Of a DNA stretch of 45,224 nucleotides, positions 6,551 to 16,621 are shown piece after piece; positions within the stretch are counted from its first letter, which is position 1; each line of letters begins with the position of its first letter. The position numbers and the translations under genes are program-made. The notes beneath the pieces were generated by a model. The model made no database searches. It had not been told where the DNA came from and saw only the letters and a list, made by a program, of their open reading frames with translations. The stretch is from Rhodanobacteraceae bacterium. GTDB taxonomy: Bacteria; Pseudomonadota; Gammaproteobacteria; Xanthomonadales; Rhodanobacteraceae. The stretch spans positions 1 to 45,224 of the forward strand of contig DATFCO010000220.1 in assembly GCA_035253005.1 (NCBI GenBank), in the 5' to 3' direction.

Positions 6551-6816
6551 CGTCGTCTCCTTTGAGAGCAGATTATAACTCATTTGAGACAGCAATGTTT
6601 GCCGGCAAAACCCCTCAAAGAAGTCGCAAGTCGAATCCTGTCCTCCCAAGCCATTCCAATGTCAAGGCTTCGCATCACCATGGCGTCTGAGAATTTACTG
6701 ATGCACCGCAAATTCAGCTTGACACAACGGTGTTCTTTGACCTACCTTTGAAAAAACGCCAATAAACGTAGCAGTTTTTTTGCGTTTTTTTATAAACAAA
6801 CAAGAAGAATTTTGGC

Positions 6817-7317
6817 ATGCGCTTTCCTGCCCGTCTCACTTGCTTGGCCTTCACCTCCATCGCCCTTGCCCCCGCTTGGGCGGGTCCCGCGTCGGTGGAA
6901 TCAAACATTGACCGGGCCATCGAGCAGGCAAACGCGATGGTAAAGCTCGGCGTGTCGCAACCCGAAATCGAACGATGGCTGCTGCAGCAAGTGCAAGGCG
7001 ACAGCGACCCCGGCCAAGACTCCCCGGCGACCGTGACAGTCCAGACGGCGCCACCCACGTGGGACGTGTACGCCACCGCCGCTTGGGTGGAGCAGAAAAC
7101 GGCCATGACCGGGGGTGCCGAATCGCAGGGGGAAAACGTTTACATCAGGACTAGACTCGACACGAGCCAGGCGGACGAGGGCCTTATTTATGGCCAAGCC
7201 GAAAAAGCCGATGTCGATCAGCGAGGGACTGAAGCGGCGGACCCTCTACATGCCCCGAACTCCGCGCAGCGAACCGACGATGTACGAGTCGGAGCTGGCG
7301 GACCAACTCGCCAATAA
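6817..7317 (+). CDS. Hypothetical exported protein
   Basis: Clear signal peptide MRFPARLTCLAFTSIALAPAWAGP. Coding-like codons up to ~7110. The 3' third overlaps a better-looking frame starting at 7190, so the true end is uncertain. Confidence 0.45.
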   Translation: MRFPARLTCLAFTSIALAPAWAGPASVESNIDRAIEQANAMVKLGVSQPEIERWLLQQVQGDSDPGQDSPATVTVQTAPPTWDVYATAAWVEQKTAMTGGAESQGENVYIRTRLDTSQADEGLIYGQAEKADVDQRGTEAADPLHAPNSAQRTDDVRVGAGGPTRQ

Positions 7318-7519
7318 CGCCATTCGTCAGCTATGCATCTTCCAGACGGAAGAAGGTTTCAGCCTGAAGGCCTTGCCCATCTGGAAAGATGAGTTCATCA
7401 CTCTGATCGGAACCGCCACGAAGGAGCCTCGCCAATACAAGTCCCTCGACCGTCTGCTCCGCACCATTCAGCAACACGGACCACTGCCGCCGACGCTGCT
7501 GCTCGGCACGCACAAGTGA
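7190..7519 (+). CDS. Hypothetical protein upstream of virB2
   Basis: ATG at 7190 followed by strongly G/C-ending codons (MAKPKKPMSISEGLKRR...). No family recognised. Confidence 0.5.
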   Translation: MAKPKKPMSISEGLKRRTLYMPRTPRSEPTMYESELADQLANNAIRQLCIFQTEEGFSLKALPIWKDEFITLIGTATKEPRQYKSLDRLLRTIQQHGPLPPTLLLGTHK

Positions 7520-7551
7520 TCTAGCACTTCCACTCATTCTTGGAGATTGAA

Positions 7552-7899
7552 ATGGCGTCAACCCGCCTGGCTTCGTGCGGCCCGTTTTTGCAACGCAACG
7601 CCGGTTACTTGCAGTGCTTTCTGAGTTTGACCTTCATGGTGTGCAGCGCGGTGATGCCGCATCTGGCCTTGGCGCAAGACGCGGGTGGCATGGATCTGTG
7701 CACCAAGGCGAACAGTGCGCTGACCTGGATCAAAGAAGGCGTGTTCTTCATCCTGATCGTGGCGGTCATGGGTTCTGGTGTGTTGGCCGCCTTCGGCCGC
7801 ATGTCCTGGCACACGGTCGGTCAGGTACTGATCGGTGCGATCGTCGCCGGTGTGGCAACCGAAGTCGTCACCGCCTTGTACGGCTCGGGTGGGTGCTGA
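7552..7899 (+). CDS. virB2: VirB2/TrbC-type pilin
   Basis: ATG at 7552 with GGAGA 5 nt upstream (the track TTG at 7540 is less likely). Signal-like N-terminus ending ALAQD and two hydrophobic helices. Sits ahead of virB3 and virB4. Confidence 0.75.
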   Translation: MASTRLASCGPFLQRNAGYLQCFLSLTFMVCSAVMPHLALAQDAGGMDLCTKANSALTWIKEGVFFILIVAVMGSGVLAAFGRMSWHTVGQVLIGAIVAGVATEVVTALYGSGGC

Positions 7900-7901
7900 G
7901 C

Positions 7902-8234
7902 ATGGCAAACGGTTTGCGCAGCGATCCTCTCTTCGGTGGCTTGGCCCGTCCACCCGTGTTACTGGGTTTGCCAATTCAAGCGCTCCTCCTGATCACGGCC
8001 AGCAGTGCTTGCGCCTATCTCGTCGCCAACATGCTGCAGACCTCGGTGGCATGGAAGATCGGAGCGCTCGGTGTCGGCGTGATCCTCTACGGGATCGCTC
8101 GCTTGGTCTGCGCCAAGGATCCACGCGCGTTCCGCTACCTCGCATTGCAACTCAACACCAAAGCGATGCACCGCACCCGCAAGTTCTGGCGGGCGGGCTC
8201 GTATTCACCCATGCCACATCGCAAGCGCCGCTGA
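7902..8234 (+). CDS. virB3: VirB3
   Basis: 110 aa from the ATG at 7902, 2 nt after the virB2 stop. DPLFGGLARPP matches the VirB3 signature. One hydrophobic hairpin. Confidence 0.8.
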   Translation: MANGLRSDPLFGGLARPPVLLGLPIQALLLITASSACAYLVANMLQTSVAWKIGALGVGVILYGIARLVCAKDPRAFRYLALQLNTKAMHRTRKFWRAGSYSPMPHRKRR

Positions 8235-8244
8235 AGGAAAAGCC

Positions 8245-10662
8245 ATGTTTGCGCCCAGACAAGGCCTCGCCAATGCGGCAAGGCCACTGACCGACTTCAT
8301 CCCGTATTCCGCGCACGTCTCCGCATTCAACGTGCGAACCGTCGCAGGCGATACGCTCACGACGATCAGGATCGCCGGCGTCGCGCATGAAGCCGCGGAT
8401 GACGAGGACATTCAGGCTTGGCACGACGCACTCACGGGGTTGCTTCGCAACATCGCAAGCGACGATGTTGCGCTGTGGCTGCATACGGTCCGCGAAGCCG
8501 CTGCCGAATATCCGGCAGGCACCTTCGAGAACGACTTCGCCGGGCGGTTGAATGAGCGCTATCGCGCGAGTCTCTCCGGCGTACAGCTCATGGCCAATGC
8601 GCACTATTTGACCTTGCTGGTACGCGGCAAGTCGCGCGGCCGGAAGCTGCTCGACTTCGGCACCAAGAAGACCACCGTCGGCGTGCTCGAATCCATCGCC
8701 GAGGCATCAGCGCGTCTCGACGAGCTGGCCGAAATGGTGCTCTCAGGTTTAAGCCGTTATGCACCACGTCGGCTTGCGACCTATACGCGCAATGGCATTG
8801 TGTACTCCGAAACGCTGGAGTTCTTCTCGTACCTCGTGAATGGCGAATGGCAGCGCATCGCGGTCCCGAAAGGCTGTGCCGCATTTGGAATGGCCAGCTC
8901 GCGCGTCTCTTTCGGCGTCGATCAGTTTGAAATCCGCAGCGCAACCGACAGCCGAATCGGCGCGATGCTCTCTGCGAGCGCCTACCAGATCGAACGGACC
9001 GAACCCGGTCACCTGAATGTATTGCTGACGCTGCCGTTCCCGTTCGTACTCACGCAGTCGTTTGCGATCTTCGGACGTACCAAGGCGATGGCCGCGCTGC
9101 AGAAGCAGCAGCGGCTGCTGATCAACGCCGAGGACGTCTCCCAATCGCAAATTGCCGACATCGGTACCGCCCTGGATGATCTCGCCAGCAACCGCGTGGT
9201 GTTTGGCGAACATCACTTGAGTCTGCAGATCCTGGCCGGCACACAACGCGAGCTGATCGAGCGCCTGTCGGATGCCAAGGCGGCGCTTTCCGAGTGCGGC
9301 TTCGCGACCGTGCGCGAGGACGAATGCGTCGAAGCTGCTTATTTCGCGCAGTTGCCGGGCAACTTCACGATGCGCCCGCGCCCCGCTCCCATCTCCAGCA
9401 GCAACATCGTCGGGTTTACCGGCTTCCACAACTATCCCACCGGACGTCGAGAAGGCAATCAGTGGGGGCCGGCCGTCACCCTGCTGAAGACGGCGTCCGG
9501 CACGCCGTTCTACTTCAATTTCCATCTACCGCCGAGTTCGAAGCGCAGCATCGACGAAGCTGACATCGACGAGCGCGTCCCCGGACACACCCTGCTGCTT
9601 GGACCCACCGGCGCCGGCAAGACGGTCATCCAGACCTTCATGCTGTCGCAGTGCGAGAAATACCGCCCGACCGTATTCACCTTCGACAAGGATCGCGGTC
9701 AGGAAATCTTCGTGCGCGCCCTAGGCGGGCAGTATTTCACTTTAAGAAACGGCGTACCGACCGGCTTCAACCCCTGCGCACTGCCGGACACGCCCGGCAA
9801 CCGCTCGTTCCTGATGCAGCTCGTCAAACGTTGCATCGCCGGCGAAGATCCTCGGTTTCAGTTCTCGCCTTCGCGCGAGCGGGAAATCCACGAGGCGGTG
9901 AATGGCCTCTACATGATGCCGTTCGCCTCACGCCGCTTCTCGGCACTCAAGGAGTTCTTTGATCCTACCGATCCGAACGGCAACGCTGCGCGCTTCCGTA
10001 AGTGGTGCGCGGGCGGATCGCTCGGCTGGCTACTCGACAACGAAGTGGACACGCTGAACCTGGCCACCGGACGACACTTCGGCTTCGACGTGACGGAATT
10101 TCTTGACAACGACGAAACCCGCACCGTGACCGTCATGTACCTGTTCCATCGAATGGAGCAGCTGATCGATGGCCGCCGCTTCATCCTCAATATGGACGAG
10201 TTCTGGAAGATGCTGCTTGATCCAGTATTCGAGGGCAAAGCCCTCGATGCGGTCAAGACCTATCGCAAGCGCAACGCTCTGGCGATCTTCGGCACCCAGA
10301 GTCCTTCGGATGTACTTCGCTCGCGGATCAGTCGCCAACTGATCGAGCAGTGCGTGACGCAAGTGTATCTGCCAAACCCGAAAGCCGCCCGCGAAGACTA
10401 CATCGACGGATTCAAATTGACCGAACGGGAATACGACATCGTCCGCAAGGACCTAGTCGAACAGAACCTCCGCGGCTTTCTCTTCAAGCAAGGCTCCAAC
10501 TCCACCGTCTGCGAATTGAACCTGCGTGGCTTCGAGCCCGAACTGGCGGTGCTTTCGGGTACGGCAGCGTCGGTGGAACTCGCCACGCGGGCCATCGCAC
10601 AAGCGGGCAACGATCCGAACCTTTGGCTGCCCGTCTTCGAACAAATGAGGAGAGCGCAATGA
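8245..10662 (+). CDS. virB4: VirB4 ATPase
   Basis: 805 aa. Walker A LLGPTGAGKT. Size and position are typical of VirB4/CagE. Confidence 0.92.
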   Translation: MFAPRQGLANAARPLTDFIPYSAHVSAFNVRTVAGDTLTTIRIAGVAHEAADDEDIQAWHDALTGLLRNIASDDVALWLHTVREAAAEYPAGTFENDFAGRLNERYRASLSGVQLMANAHYLTLLVRGKSRGRKLLDFGTKKTTVGVLESIAEASARLDELAEMVLSGLSRYAPRRLATYTRNGIVYSETLEFFSYLVNGEWQRIAVPKGCAAFGMASSRVSFGVDQFEIRSATDSRIGAMLSASAYQIERTEPGHLNVLLTLPFPFVLTQSFAIFGRTKAMAALQKQQRLLINAEDVSQSQIADIGTALDDLASNRVVFGEHHLSLQILAGTQRELIERLSDAKAALSECGFATVREDECVEAAYFAQLPGNFTMRPRPAPISSSNIVGFTGFHNYPTGRREGNQWGPAVTLLKTASGTPFYFNFHLPPSSKRSIDEADIDERVPGHTLLLGPTGAGKTVIQTFMLSQCEKYRPTVFTFDKDRGQEIFVRALGGQYFTLRNGVPTGFNPCALPDTPGNRSFLMQLVKRCIAGEDPRFQFSPSREREIHEAVNGLYMMPFASRRFSALKEFFDPTDPNGNAARFRKWCAGGSLGWLLDNEVDTLNLATGRHFGFDVTEFLDNDETRTVTVMYLFHRMEQLIDGRRFILNMDEFWKMLLDPVFEGKALDAVKTYRKRNALAIFGTQSPSDVLRSRISRQLIEQCVTQVYLPNPKAAREDYIDGFKLTEREYDIVRKDLVEQNLRGFLFKQGSNSTVCELNLRGFEPELAVLSGTAASVELATRAIAQAGNDPNLWLPVFEQMRRAQ

Positions 10663-11351
10663 AACGCACGATCTTGGCGATGACACTTGGTTTCGCGCTG
10701 GCCGGCGGTATCGCGGCCGCGATCACGCCGCCGATTACGTACGCACAGGAAATCGTAATCGATCCGGCCAATCTGCAAGAAGCCATCGCGCAGTACATGG
10801 AGATGATCCAGCAACTGGAGCAATTGAAGGCCCAGCTTGATCAGGCCAAGCAGCAGTACGCCTCGCTCACCGGCAACCGCGGATTGGGTTTGATCGATCC
10901 GGAAGATTACAACGCCAACATTCCGACAAACTGGCACGAAACGCTGGCGGCGATGCAGAACGGCGGACAGGTGGGTGCATTGGCAAACCAGATCAGGAAT
11001 GAGGCCTCCGAACTCAGCCAGCCGCAGTTTGCCGGTGTGGATTCAGGCGTGACGCAATTGCTGGGCACGCACATGGACAACGCCGCGACCCAGCAGGCCT
11101 ACAACGCCCAGGTGCTCGATGACAGTTCGCAACGCTTCCAGCGGCTGAATGAACTGATGGCGCAGATCGACAGCACCACGGACATGAAGTCGATCGCCGA
11201 GTTGCAGGCACGCATTGAGATCGAGAACGGAATGCTCATCAACCAACTGCTGCGGCTGCAGGCGGCGAACCAGCTCATGCAGCAGAACAAGGAAGTCCAG
11301 CAGCAGCACGAAACCCAGGACGACTACAAGCTGACCGCCGCGAAGTATTGA
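10659..11351 (+). CDS. virB5: VirB5/TrbJ-like minor pilus protein
   Basis: ATG at 10659 shares ATGA with the virB4 stop. Signal peptide MKRTILAMTLGFALAGGIAAA, then a Q/L-rich coiled coil. Confidence 0.7.
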   Translation: MKRTILAMTLGFALAGGIAAAITPPITYAQEIVIDPANLQEAIAQYMEMIQQLEQLKAQLDQAKQQYASLTGNRGLGLIDPEDYNANIPTNWHETLAAMQNGGQVGALANQIRNEASELSQPQFAGVDSGVTQLLGTHMDNAATQQAYNAQVLDDSSQRFQRLNELMAQIDSTTDMKSIAELQARIEIENGMLINQLLRLQAANQLMQQNKEVQQQHETQDDYKLTAAKY

Positions 11352-11365
11352 TTGGAGAACTTCTG

Positions 11366-11644
11366 ATGAAACGAATTCCGATGCCGCTCTTCCTTGCTGC
11401 CGCGATGGTGGCACTTTCCGCCTGTTCGCACTCCGCCGATCCGGTACCCGACTATCACACGCTGCTGGGCAAGCAAAATCAAGCAAAGCGCGACGCTGCT
11501 TTCGCAAAGTGCAACGAATCTCCAACCCAAGCAGACCGCATCAACAATCCATGGTGCGGCGTCGCAGAAAAAGCCGAGACCTGCCAAGAAGCCATGGACG
11601 CTTACGACGGAAAGCCACCCGCTTCTTCTTGTCCCAAGAAATGA
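11366..11644 (+). CDS. Small lipoprotein between virB5 and virB6 (entry-exclusion-like position)
   Basis: ATG at 11366 with GGAGA 7 nt upstream. Lipobox ALSAC. The mature part is Cys-containing and hydrophilic. Confidence 0.65.
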   Translation: MKRIPMPLFLAAAMVALSACSHSADPVPDYHTLLGKQNQAKRDAAFAKCNESPTQADRINNPWCGVAEKAETCQEAMDAYDGKPPASSCPKK

Positions 11645-11662
11645 CCAGACGGACGATTCAAC

Positions 11663-12733
11663 TTGGCTAACACCCGCATTGCTCACTGGCTGCTCGATTC
11701 GATCGTCACCACGACGACGAACTACGTCAACTCCGCCTCCACAACGATGGTCGCCCTCATCGGCGGCGCGGCGACCGCGTTGCTCACCATCTATGTGCTG
11801 TTGTGGGCCGCGGGGCTCGCGAGCGGGCGAATCAGCGAGCCGTTCACCGATGGCGCGAAACGCGTCATCCGTATCGTCGTCATCGTCGCTTTCGCCTTGA
11901 CGGCCGGCTTCTATCAAGCCCAGGTCGCGCAGTTCTTTCTCCAGACGCCCAGCGCCCTTGCAGCCGATCTGGTCGCGCCGGGTTCGAACTCGGGAAGCTC
12001 GCCTACGACAATCGCCGATGTCCTCGATGACGCGGAGAACCAGGGAATCGAGATTGGCGACAAAGCCTGGTCTCGTGGAAAGTCGGAAGGTGGGGTAAGC
12101 GGCTTGGGAGGCATTGGTTTCTATTTTCTGGCGCTAGTGATCTGGCTTTCGGTCACGGTCATCGTCGCGCTCGCGTGCGGGATCATTTTCATGGCCTTCA
12201 TCTCCACTGCGTTGCTTCTGGCGATTGGTCCGCTTTTCATTCTGCTGGCCATCTTCCGTGCCACTCAGCGCTTTTTCGAAGCCTGGCTCGGTCAGGTCGT
12301 CAATTTCGCCATCCTGTTTCTTCTGGTCGCCTGCGCGATCAGTTTGTGCTTCCACTTCTTGAGCGATTACCTGACGCAAATCAACACCGACCAGTGGGAC
12401 GAGCTGGTCATCGACACCTTGAAAGTCTTCGGCGCGACGCTGGCCACGCTCGCCGTCCTGTTCCAGACACGCGCGATCGCCTCGGCCTTGGGCGGCGGAT
12501 TGGCGCTGCAGACCCAAGGCATGTTCGGACGCTTGGTGGAAATCGGCGTGCTCGGCATCGGTGTCAGCCGTGCGATCGGTACCGGCCATTCCCATAAGGG
12601 CTGGTCACGCGACCGCGCCGAACGCGGATTGCCGATGACTCCGAGTGAACATCTGTCCCGGCACCTGCGCAGCCAAAACGCCTTGGGGCTCGTGAGGCGC
12701 ACTTGGCAGGTCCGCGGCCGAAACGCCGTCTAA
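11663..12733 (+). CDS. virB6: VirB6/TrbL polytopic membrane protein
   Basis: 356 aa with multiple hydrophobic helices, in the canonical position. TTG start, so the exact start is uncertain. Confidence 0.75.
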   Translation: MANTRIAHWLLDSIVTTTTNYVNSASTTMVALIGGAATALLTIYVLLWAAGLASGRISEPFTDGAKRVIRIVVIVAFALTAGFYQAQVAQFFLQTPSALAADLVAPGSNSGSSPTTIADVLDDAENQGIEIGDKAWSRGKSEGGVSGLGGIGFYFLALVIWLSVTVIVALACGIIFMAFISTALLLAIGPLFILLAIFRATQRFFEAWLGQVVNFAILFLLVACAISLCFHFLSDYLTQINTDQWDELVIDTLKVFGATLATLAVLFQTRAIASALGGGLALQTQGMFGRLVEIGVLGIGVSRAIGTGHSHKGWSRDRAERGLPMTPSEHLSRHLRSQNALGLVRRTWQVRGRNAV

Positions 12734-12747
12734 CCAAAGGAACCGAT

Positions 12748-12909
12748 ATGCATCGACTTGCACCGCTATTGCGGGGAGCCTTGGCTATGGGCGCTCTGCT
12801 TTTATTGACCGCCTGCGCTTCCACACCGGCCAAGCCGCCGGAGTGCCACGGCGCCTACACGCCGATAAACACCCCCGACCACTACCCCGCCACGGAGAAG
12901 AAATCGTGA
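12748..12909 (+). CDS. virB7: VirB7-like small lipoprotein
   Basis: ATG at 12748 with AAAGGA RBS. Lipobox LLTAC. 53 aa. Its stop overlaps the virB8 start (TGATG). Confidence 0.65.
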   Translation: MHRLAPLLRGALAMGALLLLTACASTPAKPPECHGAYTPINTPDHYPATEKKS

Positions 12910-13592
12910 TGAACGATTCTGCGGAAACGTTGGCCTTTCTGGATGCTGCCAAGGCTTGGGAAACCGATCAAATCGTCCGCGTGCAACGATCAGAAAGACG
13001 CGCTTGGATCTTCGCGAGCCTCGGGATGGCGACCGCGCTCGCCGCGGTCATTGCACTTGCCCTGCTGACGCCGCTCAAAACGGTAGAACCTTTCGTGGTG
13101 CGTGTGGACAAGAACACCGGCGCGACCGACATCGTGACGCGCCTGACCGATCAGAAAGAAACCTACAACGAAGCGATCGACAAGTATTTTCTCAGCCGTT
13201 ACGTGATCTACCGCAACTCCTACTCGAATGCGATGGCCTACCCGGACTACGAAGCGGTCACAATCATGTCGTCAGCACAGGTAGCCGATTCCTACTTCGA
13301 GCAGATCAAACCAAACAATCCGCATTCCCCAACCGCCGTCTATGGGAAAGATGGTCAGGTCGATGTGTCGGTCAATGCCATCGCATTTCTGGGCAAAGGC
13401 GTGGCGCAGGTGCGGTTCACGCGAACCGAATACCTACCCAATGCGCAGGGCCAAACCACGCGCTGGATCGCAACGATCACTTACCGCTATCTGAATCCGC
13501 CGACCACGGAGAGGGCCCGGCTGGTTGATCCGATCGGTTTTCAAGTCAGCGATTACCGCTTCGATCCGGAAACAGCTCCGACGGGAGGCTGA
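12909..13592 (+). CDS. virB8: VirB8
   Basis: ATG at 12909. A single N-terminal TM helix (IFASLGMATALAAVIALALL) followed by a periplasmic domain, in the canonical position. Confidence 0.8.
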   Translation: MNDSAETLAFLDAAKAWETDQIVRVQRSERRAWIFASLGMATALAAVIALALLTPLKTVEPFVVRVDKNTGATDIVTRLTDQKETYNEAIDKYFLSRYVIYRNSYSNAMAYPDYEAVTIMSSAQVADSYFEQIKPNNPHSPTAVYGKDGQVDVSVNAIAFLGKGVAQVRFTRTEYLPNAQGQTTRWIATITYRYLNPPTTERARLVDPIGFQVSDYRFDPETAPTGG

Positions 13593-13594
13593 CC

Positions 13595-14467
13595 ATGCGC
13601 ATACTTTTCGTTGCCCTACTTCTGATCCCGATGCTCGCTTTCGGAGAAACCATCCCCAAAGGCGGGCCGGTCGATGCCCGCATCAAGACCGTGGTCTACA
13701 ACGCTTCGGATGTGGTCAAGATCGTCGGTCACTATGGTTACTCGACCGACATCGAATTCGCCCCTGACGAGCAGGTGCAAAGCATTGCACTCGGCGACTC
13801 CCTGGCATGGGAGGTTGCCCCATCGGGATCGCACCTGTTCGTGAAGCCACGTGAAGACAATGCAGTCACCAATGCGACCGTGGTGACCAATCGGCGCGTG
13901 TACCAGTTTTCACTCGATGCGCGGCATGCCGCCGGTCTCACGGGCGCCCACAGTGCGGGCATGTTCTTCGAGGTGCGTTTCAGCTATCCGCAGGATGAGG
14001 CAGCTCTCGCACACGCGCAGCGTACAGAAGCAGACCGCGCACTACTGGCGGCGGAACTCGATGCTCCGCCCAAACCCATCAACTGGAACTACTACGCATG
14101 TGGCGAACGCGCGCTATGGCCGTCCGAAGTCTACGACGATGGCCGATTCACCTACTTGCGTTTTCCAAACGCGCAGGAGATCCCAGGCGTCTTCATCATC
14201 AACGCGGACCACACCGAAAGCCTGGTCAACGGCGAAATGCGAGGCGACCAGTACGTGGTGCAAGCGACCACACGCAAGCTGATTCTGCGCCGCGGCCAAT
14301 CCGTTGCCTGCATCGAAAACCGCAGCTACAACCCGCGGGGTGTCGCGACACCCACCGATACGACCAGTCCGGAGGTGCGACGCACGATCCGTGCGCAACG
14401 ATCGCCGGCGGATGTAGGCCCCGCGCAAAGCACGACGTCTGAATCGTCGCAAGGAAACTCCCAATGA
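13595..14467 (+). CDS. virB9: VirB9/CagX/TrbG
   Basis: Signal peptide MRILFVALLLIPMLAFG. VVYNASDVVKIVGHYGYSTDIEF is typical of the VirB9 N-terminal domain. Confidence 0.85.
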   Translation: MRILFVALLLIPMLAFGETIPKGGPVDARIKTVVYNASDVVKIVGHYGYSTDIEFAPDEQVQSIALGDSLAWEVAPSGSHLFVKPREDNAVTNATVVTNRRVYQFSLDARHAAGLTGAHSAGMFFEVRFSYPQDEAALAHAQRTEADRALLAAELDAPPKPINWNYYACGERALWPSEVYDDGRFTYLRFPNAQEIPGVFIINADHTESLVNGEMRGDQYVVQATTRKLILRRGQSVACIENRSYNPRGVATPTDTTSPEVRRTIRAQRSPADVGPAQSTTSESSQGNSQ

Positions 14468-15591
14468 ATGTGTCCCCCGCAGATGAACCCGCAGCGCGTG
14501 GCATTCCGCAGGTGGGCCGGCCGCGCAAAGGCAGCAAATGGCTCATGCTGGTCGTGGTGGCGCTCGGCATCGTACTCGTCATTGCACTTGGCGTTCGAGC
14601 GATGCTCGGTGCACTGACGAGCCGCAACCAAACCTCGCACGTTGCAACCCTTGCGCCCACTCTGCCCGACCTGACGCGCAGTGCCTTCGACAAGCAGACC
14701 GCGCCGCCTCCGCCGCCCACGATGCCGTCCTCTCCGATCGTCGGCGGACAAGCTCCAGCGCCACAAACGCCTGAGCAAAAAGCTGCTGCCGATCTCGCTG
14801 AACGCCGCAAACGGGCGCCGCTGCTTGTGCTCGGCGGCAGCGCCCCGACCAATCAAACGGACAGTTCGTCCGCAGCGCCTTCGACTTTTCCGGGTCTACC
14901 TTCGCTCGCGCAAGCGCATGCCGCGAACACGAATGAGCCCTCGCAAAGTACCCTTTCGAGTGCATTGAGTGCCACGCGCACGACCGAAGTCAGCGCCTCG
15001 CTGCTCCGCGATCCAAACATGACCCTGACTGAAGGCATGTTTCTCGACTGCATCCTGCAGACCGCCTTGTCCAGCGAAGTGCCGGGCATGACGAGCTGCG
15101 TGCTCTCGCGCGATGTTTACTCGACCAACGGCAAGGTGCTGCTGCTGGAGCGGGGTTCGCGTCTGGTGGGCCAGTACCAGTCTGCGCAGCTACGTCAGGG
15201 CCAAAGCCGGATTTTCGTGCTGTGGACGCGTGTCGAAACGCCCGACGGCGTCATCATCGATCTGGATTCGCCCGGAACCGACGCACTTGGCCGCTCGGGC
15301 CTTACCGGTAAGCTCGACACTCATTTCTCTGCGCGGTTCGGCTCCGCGCTGCTGCTCTCGGTCGTCGATGATCTGGCATCGGCCGCCGTGCAAAACGGCA
15401 ATGGCTCGAACAACAACAGCCTGACCTTCACCAATACCACGAATTCGGCCAACGACGCGGCAGCAATCGCCGTCGAAAACACCATCAACATTCCGCCGAC
15501 GCTCACCTTGGCGCAAGGTTCGCACATCAACATCTTTGTCGCGCGCGATCTGTACTTTGGAAACGTGTATGGACTCGCCGCTGCCCGTTGA
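14464..15591 (+). CDS. virB10: VirB10/TrbI
   Basis: ATGA overlap with virB9. N-terminal TM helix, Pro-rich linker (PPPPPTMPSSP), and a conserved C-terminal barrel region. Confidence 0.85.
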   Translation: MNVSPADEPAARGIPQVGRPRKGSKWLMLVVVALGIVLVIALGVRAMLGALTSRNQTSHVATLAPTLPDLTRSAFDKQTAPPPPPTMPSSPIVGGQAPAPQTPEQKAAADLAERRKRAPLLVLGGSAPTNQTDSSSAAPSTFPGLPSLAQAHAANTNEPSQSTLSSALSATRTTEVSASLLRDPNMTLTEGMFLDCILQTALSSEVPGMTSCVLSRDVYSTNGKVLLLERGSRLVGQYQSAQLRQGQSRIFVLWTRVETPDGVIIDLDSPGTDALGRSGLTGKLDTHFSARFGSALLLSVVDDLASAAVQNGNGSNNNSLTFTNTTNSANDAAAIAVENTINIPPTLTLAQGSHINIFVARDLYFGNVYGLAAAR

Positions 15592-16621
15592 ATTCTCCGA
15601 AAACTCAGGTTCAACACTCGGTGCATCCACCGCGGTCGAGACGTTCCTGGCGCCGCTGCGACGACTGCTCGCCGGGAACGTGACCGAGGTCGTGATCAAC
15701 CGTCCCGGTGAAGCATGGACGGAAGATCGCGAAGGTTGGCGCCGACACGCAATCCCTGCTCTGACCTACGAGCACCTGCGCACCTTCGCGACCTTGATCG
15801 CCAATTCCACCCAACAGACGATCCAGGAAAGTGCGCCGCTCATATCCGCATCGCTCCCCACTGGCGAACGTGTGCAGGCGATCGTGCCTCCGGCGGTGCC
15901 GGCCGGGACGGTGAGCTTCACTATTCGCAAGCCCTCGCCTTTGCGTCTCACGCTTGATGACTATGAAGCGGCCGATGCATTCGATGGCGTAACCATCGGA
16001 GAGGATCCGTCCGAGCGGCTGGAAGAAAAGCTCAGTGGACTACTCGCCGCGCATCGCATCCGCGAGTTCCTTGAACGCGCCGTACGTACCAAACAGAACA
16101 TCGTGATTTCCGGCGCGACCGGCTCCGGTAAGACCACGGCGATGAAGGCGCTGGTTGACCTGATTCCGGCAAGCGAACGGCTGATCACCATCGAAGACAC
16201 CCCGGAGCTCGATGTCCTCAAGCAACCCAATCACGTCCGGTTGTTCTATTCCAAAGATGGACAAGGCGTGTCCAAGGCCACGCCTAAGATGCTGCTGGAA
16301 GCATGCCTGCGCATGAAACCTGATCGCATCCTGCTGGCCGAGCTGCGCTCGGATGAGGCCTTTTACTTTATCCGCAACATCAATTCGGGCCATCCGGGTT
16401 CGATCACCTCGGTCCACGCGACCTCGCCACGCCTGGCCATCGAACAGCTGATGCTGTTGGTGAAAGAGTCCGCGGGCGGCGCACACCTCTCGCGCGAGGA
16501 CATCAAACAACTGCTGTTCATGCTCGTCGATGTCGTGATCCAGTTTTCCGTTGTCGACAAAGTTCGCCGCGTCACCGGTATCTACTATGACCCGCAGCGC
16601 AAGCGCACCCTTCTGGGTTAG
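15569..16621 (+). CDS. virB11: VirB11 traffic ATPase
   Basis: Walker A GATGSGKTT. The ATG at 15569 overlaps the virB10 end. RILLAELR and SGHPGSITSVHA boxes are present. Confidence 0.9.
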   Translation: MDSPLPVEFSENSGSTLGASTAVETFLAPLRRLLAGNVTEVVINRPGEAWTEDREGWRRHAIPALTYEHLRTFATLIANSTQQTIQESAPLISASLPTGERVQAIVPPAVPAGTVSFTIRKPSPLRLTLDDYEAADAFDGVTIGEDPSERLEEKLSGLLAAHRIREFLERAVRTKQNIVISGATGSGKTTAMKALVDLIPASERLITIEDTPELDVLKQPNHVRLFYSKDGQGVSKATPKMLLEACLRMKPDRILLAELRSDEAFYFIRNINSGHPGSITSVHATSPRLAIEQLMLLVKESAGGAHLSREDIKQLLFMLVDVVIQFSVVDKVRRVTGIYYDPQRKRTLLG

